DNA of 41,037 nt from Octopus bimaculoides (Eukaryota): assembly GCF_001194135.2 (NCBI RefSeq), contig NC_068983.1, forward strand, positions 19,773,011-19,814,047, given 5' to 3'. The notes below the pieces were generated by a model. The model was not told the origin of the DNA. It did not search any database and worked only from the letters and a program-made list of their open reading frames with translations. Shown here piece by piece: positions 25,340 to 35,284 of this stretch (positions are counted from its first letter, which is position 1; the number at the start of each line of letters is the position of its first letter). The translations under genes and the position numbers were made by a program.

Positions 25340-26810
25340 TTTTTTTTTGGCCACCGGGCCCAAACACAAACATAAACGATGATACACAGACGGAGGAGAG
25401 TGAAGTTAAACCTGTAAACAGCAAACACATCGATTAACAAAGAGATTAAACCAACAATCTGCTTCCCGAAAAGGGAGGAGAGCCACCGCAATGTGACCAA
25501 TGAGAACTAATGCATGTTGGACCCCTTAACACCAACTGCTCCTCGGGAATGTACACTGTCTTCTTTCCATTCGCCCTACAGGCGCACACTTATAGTAGAC
25601 CATTCCTGCTAAATTCACTCACCTTTCAACGAACTTACTGGGTGATAGCACCTCCCTCTCCAGCCTCATTTTCCATTTCAGATGGAACCAGAAAAAGTCA
25701 ATGAGGCCATGGCCAAAGAAGAAGGTATTCGTCTTCAACATTATCAATCGCGTCCACCAAACAGCCTCTTTTTACGTAGCCACAGGACAAAGAAAAATTG
25801 CCCTCCCCTCCCTGCCAAAGGAATTAGACGGGGAGATCTTTACAATGAACCCGGACGATAGTCGGATTCATGCTACACGTCACAATATTTGTTCGACAAA
25901 GCTCTACAAGTACGGACAATGCGCACACAATGTACGAGAGCATGCAGAACGGTTTCATCGTTCCATCTGACTGACTGTACACCCGTGCCAGTTGAGCTTA
26001 TCTCGAACCGGCAGCGCCTCCCGGTAGCACTGTCAGGCCAGAGACTACTGGAAGTGATCTATAGTTCCCGGCCAAAAACTCCTCCGGAAGAGACCAATCT
26101 GTTGATCTTCCTTGACGCCCAGGACCTCTCCGGGTACGTTGTCAATCTTTCCCCGTACTAATCCTCTATAAAACTTCCTGCTGTGCTGAACCTTCCACCA
26201 AATGCATTGCCCGAATGGCCGAGGACTGTAGGCGCTTAGAGACACTCTAGGTGACAAGCTCCCTGCCTCGATCTACTTCTGATCCAGGACTGTACCTCAG
26301 ACAAGGAGATGAGCTGAGGAAAAGAGCGTTCAACAAACGGTGACTGCACCTGCTCACCGTTAAGGTACGCTGGAGATGTCGCAGCCTGAGTGTATGTCTG
26401 CGCATCCTCAGCCACGACGTGCCCATTCCTCCACGCAACGGGTGCTAACAACAAATAGACAGTCTGACAAGCGAGGAAGCAGATAAGTAAACGCACCATC
26501 CCGTTCTGCCACGATGCGGGGGCAAGGGACGATAGTCAAGCGGTATCATATGTCGGATGCGATGGTACGCATTCACCACCTCTGCCCGACCGTTCTGAGT
26601 CAACTTCCTCTGGGCCCATTTCTGGGTGAGATAGGCCTACCTCTCTGTCACCTCGACCCAGTTCTTGCACACTTGGAAATCAGGACCGAAGCAAACCCAG
26701 AGTAACTTAACAGCTCCTTCTGTCCAGCGACCTACAACGCTGTCGCTTGGCAAGGGCCTGCCTCTCCAGGTGCCGAGCTGGAGCCCCACTTACTGCTGCT
26801 TTTTACGGTT
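25340..26810 (-). mobile_element. Tx1/L1-clade non-LTR retrotransposon, 5'-truncated (post-RT region to poly-A)
   Basis: GC-rich block. Minus strand reads GLQLGTWRGRPLPSDSVVGRWTEGAVKLL...GPDFQV.KNW, RKLTQNGRAEVVNAY, YRLTIVPCP, GMGTSWLRMRRHTLRLRHL, GPGTIDHFQ*SLA*QCYREALPVRDKL..HG, DETVLHALVHC, then a 3' UTR and an A9 tail (T9 at 25340-25348). Confidence 0.85.
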
Positions 26811-27711
26811 ATACCTAGCCACACATAATTATAACTGTCCAAATTTAAGTGTGTGTGTGTGTGTATGTGTGCGTGTGGGTGTACAAACGTACGTACGTAT
26901 GTACGTATATGCATAAAAGTGTAAATCTGGTTCACTGCCCCCATTTGATTTTTCATTGGTAGCTATAGCATTTGACGCATTTACTACGTTTTTACATTTA
27001 TTTATTGCAGACGATATACGAAATCGTACATATATGAACGCTTTCATATTCTAATATATTTATTCTGGACTTGTGCTTCTGTAATAAAATGATCAATATT
27101 AATGTTGTTACTAAACACTGCCAGAAGATGATAAAACAATTCAGAAATACATAATTTGCCTTGCATAACTAACAATTGGTGCCATATATATANNNNNNNN
27201 NNNNNNNNNNNNNNNNNNNNNNNNNNNNNNNNNNNNNNNNNNNNNNNNNNNNNNNNNNNNNNNNNNNNNNNNNNNNNNNNNATATGTATGTATATATAAA
27301 TTATTGACTAGTACACTTAATTACTATTTATTTTCAATATCAAAATCCTATTTTGTTCCATACAATACGTTAAACATCAACTGCATTTGTTTACAAATCA
27401 TCATTTTTAAAAAACAAAGATTAGTTATGGGGAACATTTATAATGATTTAATTTCGTCTGCATTTACGTATGCATATGATATATACGACCGTGTGTGCAC
27501 ATACATGAATACACGTATATATGTGTTTCCATAGATATGTATATATGTATATGCCTACATTTCTAGTTCTAAATATATGTTTATATAGATTGATATATAC
27601 CATTTACATATATATATATATATATATTGAGAGAGAGAGAAAGATAGAGATAGACAGAGAATCAGAAGGAGACAGAGACACTTATATTTACATAGCGCAT
27701 ATAAATGTGCT

Positions 27712-27747
<36 letters not shown>

Positions 27748-27755
27748 TATGTGTG

Positions 27756-27850
27756 GAGAGAGACAGAGAGAGAGAGAGACAGAGAGAGAGAGAGACAGAG
27801 AGAGAGACAGAGAGAGACAGAGAGAGAGAGACAGAGAGAGAGAGAGAGAC
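27756..27850. repeat. (GA)n/(GAGAGACA)n purine-rich microsatellite
   Basis: Seen directly. Confidence 0.9.
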
Positions 27851-28899
27851 TGAGAAAGTGAGAGTGACGTATACATACACATATATACATATGTACATAC
27901 GTATCTAGAGTGAATGTGAAGCAGAGATAAAGGAAATGAGACACAGAAGCATATAAGCACATAAGTGGAAGGGGTATACGTTGTTTCATAATGTTTTTTT
28001 TCCTTCCTTTAATAGGAAGATACATTGATTTGGTCGACTAAGCAGAACGGTAGATGTAATTGTTGAGGCATATAGTAAAATATATAGTGGATTAGCTTCG
28101 CTCTTACAATGTTCCGTTTTCGGATTCTTTATAAGATTAGTATTAGAAATCAAGTTTTCAAAGAACTACTCATGTTTGCTAGGTTTTTCGGTCTTAAATG
28201 TATATGTTAGTGTATCTATATTTGTGTGTATTATATGAGTGTATGCTTACGTGTAATATGTGTACGTATGTATACTTTGTGTTCCCGTGTGTATGTCATT
28301 TGTATATCTATATATGTTTAAACAACAATGATTTTGTATTTTATATTTCATATATTGTTTATTAATTGTGTATTTGTTTGTGTGGACAATACATGTATGT
28401 TTCATTGTTTGGGTCTATGTCGGTATCTCTGATTGTACATGTTCGTTGTTTTTGCTGTTGTTTCCGGATTTGTTACTAATAATAATGGTATTGTATCTAC
28501 TGCCAACCTCTATTTCCGTCATCATTCGTTATTGTTTATCTTCCCGTGTTGGCATTGTTGTTGTTATTGATATTACTGATACACTTGGTAGCGCTGCATT
28601 TATTATGTTTCTAGAAAATTTCCTTTCTTGATATTTATATTTTCATCTACCCACTCTACTTTTATTGGTACCAACAAGAAGAACATGTATATATGTAAAT
28701 GATATATAATGACACTACATATACACATATACATAAGTATAAACACACATACACACATACATATATATATAAGTCTTTCTATATTGGACGGTGAAACTTG
28801 AAGTAGATTAAACTATAAATAATAACGTGTAGATATTGGCTTAAAAATCGTTTGGATGAAAAAAAAATCTCGTAGGCTATATATATATATCTGTGTGTC

Positions 28900-29021
<122 letters not shown>

Positions 29022-29522
29022 CGTGTCTGTGTTTATGTGTGTATACAGGCATATACAAATACGTATAACAGCAACCATGCGTTTGCGAATTCAGAAGACA
29101 ATCCACGTATTTCGAGCTGCTATGTCAATATTCTACCAAATTTGTGTACGTAAAATGTTGAAAGCTTCCACAGCTAGCAAGCCATGCTACTCCAGACTGA
29201 TGATGAACAATGACTCTGAAACTAGTCTCTAGATGCTGGCTTTGCTGGGTGGATGTGCTTATCTCCTCTATGTAAACATAAGGACATAGGAAATGTGTCA
29301 AGGCCAAAGGAAACGGTGTTTCCTAGGGTTAAATAGCAGTAGGATTCTTCCATTTTATGGGACTGTCACATTAAGTTGACAACATACCATCACTTTATAT
29401 ATATATATATGGTAAATTCAAATTACGACAAACGTAAACAAACAAACTAAGTTTGCTTTTAGAGTCGCTGAGATGTCTTAGAAAGTTAAAGAAGTCATTT
29501 TAAATTCTGAATCGTAAGCTCA

Positions 29523-29593
29523 ATCAGTTTGGCTCAATCGGTCGAGCATCGTGACGCGTAATCACGAGATGTGAGTTCGAGTCCACAGCTAAC
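29523..29593 (+). pseudogene. tRNA-like cloverleaf (tRNA-Lys-like pseudogene or solitary SINE head)
   Basis: A-box TGGCTCAATCGG; D stem GCTC/GAGC; anticodon arm TCGTGA-CGCGTAA-TCACGA; B-box GTTCGAGTC; acceptor stem ~5/7 paired. U33 is replaced by G and the T-stem lacks one base. Confidence 0.6.
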
Positions 29594-29792
29594 CACCTAC
29601 AATTTTTTCTGCAAAATAGGGGTAGTTTATCCTCTTCAGGCTATATTATTAGCATTATCATGTGATTGAGAATTTAAAATCACTTCTTTAACTATATATA
29701 TATATATATATATGGATATANNNNNNNNNNNNNNNNNNNNNNNNNNNNNNNNNNNNNNNNNNNNNNNNNNNNNNNNNNNNNNNNNNNNNNNN

Positions 29793-29829
<37 letters not shown>

Positions 29830-30291
29830 ATGTATATATGGGTGTATGTATATATATGTATGGTTGCATATCTGGATACATGTATATATATCGTTATATA
29901 TATATATATATGTGTATATATGGATATGTAGTAGAAATATTTAGTCAGTACATGGTGTGATGTAGCTGCGAGTATATTATTATAATAGTTCCTAAAGAGA
30001 TGAAGAGTATATGCAGGGCCTATATATTTACTACGTAAAAATATATTTCATTTACAGGTCCATGATGATATATAAAATTAATATGTAGAAACTAGTTGAA
30101 TGAAGTAATCTATGCAAGAAAGTTGAGGGAGACAAAATGTAGAAATCACAGCTAAGTGTTGCTTTTCAGTCATGTGGCGTAGTGAAATGGAAGGACATAA
30201 CAATGACGTGAATGGCTCTAAGTCTAATCAACTATGAAGAGAAGAGCAGGGTTAGCAAGTTGTTTTATTAATGGAACGGTAGTCATTCTAG

Positions 30292-30834
30292 AAACTTCCA
30301 AGAGAAACGCTAAGCTTCTTGAATAATTTAGAATCACATCTAACTACAGAGGTGCTTCGAGAAACTTTGAAAAAGGAGGTTACTCTATAATTTTTCCTGC
30401 AAGTGAGATCATTCAACTATTTCGATACGTATACCACAACACAACCCACCAGGTAGAGGTGACGTTATACATTAATGAAAATAACAAAAGTGTATATATC
30501 ATAAACCGTTAAACCAAAGAAACAATATCACAGGTGAGATCTAATAAATGTTTGCTAAATTCTTCAGCCAATGCACATGTCTACCGCTTTTGTTAGTCAG
30601 AGTTTCTGAAGTTGTGCCTAAAGGACGCGTTAACAATGCTGTGTGTGTGTGTTGTTGTAGTGGAGTTGGAAATAGCTTTTTATACTATAAACTTCCAAGA
30701 AAAACACCAAGTTTATTGAATAATTAAAAAGCACGTCACATGACAAAGATGCTTAGAAAAACTTAGAAAAGGGAGGTTATTCTATAGTCTTGCCTGCAAT
30801 GGAGACATTCAGCTATTTTGCTACGTATACCACA
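30292..30834 (+). repeat. Diverged ~147-bp direct duplication (30292-30438 and 30689-30834)
   Basis: Copies align from AAACTTCCAAGA to TACGTATACCACA at roughly 75% identity (estimated by eye). Confidence 0.8.
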
Positions 30835-30849
30835 TCAGATATATATATG

Positions 30850-30883
<34 letters not shown>

Positions 30884-31552
30884 GGATGTATATACATACA
30901 TATTTATACATATATATATANNNNNNNNNNNNNNNNNNNNNNNNNNNNNNNNNNNNNNNNNNNNNNNNNNNNNNNNNNNNNNNNNNNNNNNNNNNNNNNN
31001 NNNNNNNNNNNNNNNNNNNNNNNNNNNNNNNNNNNNNNNNNNNNNNNNNNNNNNNNNNNNNNNNNNNNNNNNNNNNNNNNNNNNNNNNNNNNNNNNNNNN
31101 NNNNNNNNNNNNNNNNNNNNNNNNNNNNNNNNNNNNNNNNNNNNNNNNNNNNNNNNNNNNNNNNNNNNNNNNNNNNNNNNNNNNNNNNNNNNNNNNNNNN
31201 NNNNNNNNNNNNNNNNNNNNNNNNNNNNNNNNNNNNNNNNNNNNNNNNNNNNNNNNNNNNNNNNNNNNNNNNNNNNNNNNNNNNNNNNNNNNNNNNNNNN
31301 NNNNNNNNNNNNNNNNNNNNNNNNNNNNNNNNNNNNNNNNNNNNNNNNNNNNNNNNNNNNNNNNNNNNNNNNNNNNNNNNNNNNNNNNNNNNNNNNNNNN
31401 NNNNNNNNNNNNNNNNNNNNNNNNNNNNNNNNNNNNNNNNNNNNNNNNNNNNNNNNNNNNNNNNNNNNNNNNNNNNNNNNNNNNNNNNNNNNNNNNNNNN
31501 NNNNNNNNNNNNNNNNNNNNATATATATATAATATTATATATATACATATGT

Positions 31553-31872
31553 ATTATAATCTCAGGCCGACGAAAGCCTTGTGAGTGTATTTTGTACCCA
31601 GAAACTGAAAGAAGACTGTCGTATATATGTGTCTATTTTTGTGTGTGTGTATGTGTGTGCGTGTTGTGCGTCTGTGTTTCTATGCTTGTATCCCTACTAT
31701 TTCTTGACAACTGATGTTGTTGTTGTGTCTACGTTCCCATAACTGAATGGTTCGGCAAAAGACACCGATATAATAAGAACATGGCTTACAAAGAATAAAT
31801 CCTTCGGTCGATTTTCTCGACGAACGGTTGTGCTCCATCATGGCCACAGTCACATGACTGAAACAAGTAAAC
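31553..31872 (+). mobile_element. SINE body and tail (octopus-type); head missing next to the gap
   Basis: GGCCGACGAAAGCCTTGTGAGTG...GAAACTGAAAGAAG, an internal (TG)n-rich tract, CTTGACAAC.GATG, GGTTCGGCAAAAGACACCGATA, and tail GTGCTCCATCATGGCCACAGTCACATGACTGAAACAAGTAAA. Matches a family recalled from memory and overlaps the 21.7 kb copy. Confidence 0.75.
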
Positions 31873-33269
31873 CAATAAAAATATCGATGCCATCTGAATC
31901 CCGATCAAGGCCGGGTATTCCTTTAGTATANNNNNNNNNNNNNNNNNNNNNNNNNNNNNNNNNNNNNNNNNNNNNNNNNNNNNNNNNNNNNNNNNNNNNN
32001 NNNNNNNNNNNNNNNNNNNNNNNNNNNNNNNNNNNNNNNNNNNNNNNNNNNNNNNNNNNNNNNNNNNNNNNNNNNNNNNNNNNNNNNNNNNNNNNNNNNN
32101 NNNNNNNNNNNNNNNNNNNNNNNNNNNNNNNNNNNNNNNTATATATATATATATATATATATGCCAAAAGCGAGAGAGGATGAGAGAGAGATTTTTATAT
32201 TTGAATTATTTGAATTACAATTATTATATATTACATTTATTGTATGTTCTGTGGGAATACAAAATGAACAGTGGTATATTAATATGAATTCTAACATTTA
32301 GATAAGAATTATACAGAAAATGTAATTGAATATTTGCAAACTATTCAGAAAAATAATAGGCATATTTCCACTTCTTTCAATTCTATATCAAATCTATTAC
32401 TACTCCTTGCAAGAAACCTTATATTGAAATGCAGTCGACTCAGTGAAACTAATTACAGCCATATTGACTATTGACAGATTACCTATGCTACAATGAAGAG
32501 AATGTATGCTATTTCACTTTAAATCTATCTGGATTAAGAGTCAGAAAAGTATTCAAACCTCGGCAGAAGTCAATGACCTAATACACCAGCTCCTCATATA
32601 TTTCTGGAGGATTATGTAGACATATTTACATTTTATTATTACGAAATTTTAATCTACAGAATACTGACAGATTTTGGTAACCATTCCCTAACCTCTAAAA
32701 CAAGTCAATTATTTCTATCTCCTTAAATACTGGAAAATCAACGATTATCTTCATATTATATTCAACGTTAAATTATCTAAATATGCAAACCAAATGAAAA
32801 ACTAAAATTAACCGCAGATTTTCAATCTTAATAGCATAATAGAGAATCTAGACAAAAATATCTTTATAGATCTTTATTTTACTTTCCAATTAATAGATAG
32901 AAAAGAGTATTCATTCACACAACCGGAGGAGATACCAGAATAAAATACAGTGCAATAAGAATTCTCATGATACACACACTAAATCTAATAGGAAATCAAT
33001 TATTTAATATGCATATGTGGTAAAAGTTTCGTCTAGTCAACGAAATAACTGCAACTTATCCAAATATATCACATGAAGTTTAACAGAAATGATTGTCTAC
33101 ACCTCAAAAATATATCAAAAGAGGGATGGTGAAATCATGTATTGCTGATGTTGAATTTGTTGGCTACTAGCAGAGGTACCTGGCGTCGCCTAGTATAACT
33201 CTCAATGGAGTAGTCGTTCAAATGAACCGAAATACTTCCGACAAACACGACTATATGAATAACAATTTA

Positions 33270-33575
33270 TATGGGTTGGCCCTAAAGAGGCCCGTTGAAC
33301 GTTCACTATGAAATATCTCTGCGGCGGTATTGCCAACAACGATAAATCAGCTGGTAACAATATAATCTTTCTGGCCCTGAAGAGAGTTTTGGATCGTTCA
33401 CACTTGAAAGTCTCAGCGGCGGTGCTGACAGCAAAGCCGAATCCAGTGAAAATATTTTATAGTTGGTGGCCCTGATGAGGGCCTTGGATCGTCCACTCTT
33501 AAAAGTTCCAGCAACAGACCTTTAAACAAAGACAATTCTGATTAGAGCTGGTGGCCCTTAAGAAGTCCTTCACAC
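33270..33575 (+). repeat. Degenerate ~95-bp tandem repeat (3.3 units, possibly one more upstream)
   Basis: GGCCCT anchors at 33278, 33373, 33468, 33553 (periods 95, 95, 85). Shared words CT(A/G)A(A/T)GAG, TG(G/A)A(T/C)CGT(T/C)CAC and GCGGCGGT. Confidence 0.8.
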
Positions 33576-33954
33576 CACTCTGGTGTGTCGTATTTGCTTT
33601 GTTTGTTATTTGAGATTGTAACCTAGTATATAAAAACATATTCGATTTTTCTTTTTCTTTCTTTTAAAAGAGACTTCGTTTTTTTTCTTTACCTTTTCTT
33701 TTTTCTTTTAAAAGATAGGGAGCGACGTTCGCGGTGCGCGAAAGCGAAATCAATATATTTTTTTCACTTTCCTAACAATAGCAATAACTAAAGATAATTG
33801 AGATGACAAATGTTGAAGAAGCATACATTTTAGAAACATGGTATAGCTTACGAGAGTACGCAAGTAAAAAAACCTACCACTTGTCAAAAGCCAAAAAAGA
33901 AGTGTGATCCTAGGTCGGACTTGACCGATATAAATTAAGGGGTACTTAATTAGG

Positions 33955-34103
33955 AGGGCTACTTAGGAATGAGAACCCAGGTTCGAAATTTCCCCAAGAC
34001 ACCTGATGAAAGCTGGAGGGTCTATCAGCCGAAAGCTTGTTGTGTTAACAACAAACAAGATGAGGACAAATATCCATCAAATGTAAATAATGTAAATAAT
34101 GTA
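33955..34103 (+). mobile_element. Penelope pLTR-like terminal fragment with hammerhead motif and (TGTAAATAA)n tail
   Basis: HHR motif at 33998-34046, followed by a short tandem tail TGTAAATAA x2 (34082-34099). Resembles an octopus repeat recalled from memory. Confidence 0.6.
33998..34046 (+). ncRNA. Minimal type I hammerhead ribozyme motif, degenerate
   Basis: GACAC-CTGATGAA-AGCTG-(10-nt loop)-CAGCC-GAAA-GCTT-GTT-GTGTT. Intact CUGAUGA and GAAA cores, stem I GACAC/GTGTT, stem II 4/5 paired, apparent 3-nt insertion in stem III. Confidence 0.6.
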
Positions 34104-34354
34104 GTACAAAAAACTGGCTATGATGAGGTTTGGTAAAGGAAAACCTTAAATCAAGATGTTAGGAGCAAGACGCTTATAAAACCAATGATCATAATAAGGG
34201 GAAATTTTAACATGGGGTACTATAAGTGATTGTTTCAAACAATATTATTATATCGTAAAAAGATAAAATTCAGGGTTATCAAGAAAAATATGTTAACCCA
34301 AAGGATAAATTTTGAATAATTTTGAATATATACCAAACTTGTCAACAAAACAGG

Positions 34355-34388
<34 letters not shown>

Positions 34389-35252
34389 GAGAGAATTACA
34401 TAGAATTAGTTTAATATTCATTCATATACTTAATTATTTACTTATTATGTGGTATCTATGAAGACTGATCGCTGGCATTTACTAAAGGAATACTGGAGCG
34501 ATAGAACATGCTAACTATATATGAATTATAATCTAAGAGGTATATTATAAGTTGTGAAGTTACCGCTGCTGTTATATATAAGCTAATATAAATTTCTATG
34601 GCTACAAAATTTAGGTTTATTTACATAAAGGGTATTATAAAAATAATAATGTGATCAGTAGGGTAGAACACCATAGAAAGGAATAAATAGTTGAATCACT
34701 AAAAGCCATGATGAAGTATATATACGTTATTATTATCAATAGAAAGGAGAAGATTATATAGAATCTTTTAATAGTTCAATCATTTTACAAAATTATTTAT
34801 TTATTAGATGCTATCTATAATATCTATAAAGACTGACAGGATAATACCGCACTAATTTCTGGTGCTTCAACCTAAGTACCCAATTTATCTGAATCTCAAT
34901 AATTTTGCTTATGTACCTATATATATAAACATATATATATATATATATATATANNNNNNNNNNNNNNNNNNNNNNNNNNNNNNNNNNNNNNNNNNNNNNN
35001 NNNNNNNNNNNNNNNNNNNNNNNNNNNNNNNNNNNNNNNNNNNNNNNNNNNNNNNNNNNNNNNNNNNNNNNNNNNNNNNNNNNNNNNNNNNNNNNNNNNN
35101 NNNNNNNNNNNNNNNNNNNNNNNNNNNNNNNNNNNNNNNNNNNNNNNNNNNNNNNNNNNNNNNNNNNNNNNNNNNNNNNNNNNNNNNNNNNNNNNNNNNN
35201 NNNNNNNNNNNNNNNNNNNNNNNNNNNNNNNNNNNNNNNNNNNNNNNATATA

Positions 35253-35284
<32 letters not shown>

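Noticed and set aside
25510-26916. Several GC-rich 60-90 aa ORFs on both strands
   Set aside because: Alternative-frame or antisense readings of the Tx1/L1 remnant, not independent genes.
32400-32760. Possible L1 endonuclease words (LQET, GNH, YWKIN)
   Set aside because: Spacing is inconsistent with an APE domain and the similarity is too weak to support.
33270-33575. CRISPR-like interpretation of the tandem array
   Set aside because: Eukaryotic context; the inter-anchor sequences are homologous to each other rather than unique spacers, and there are no cas genes.
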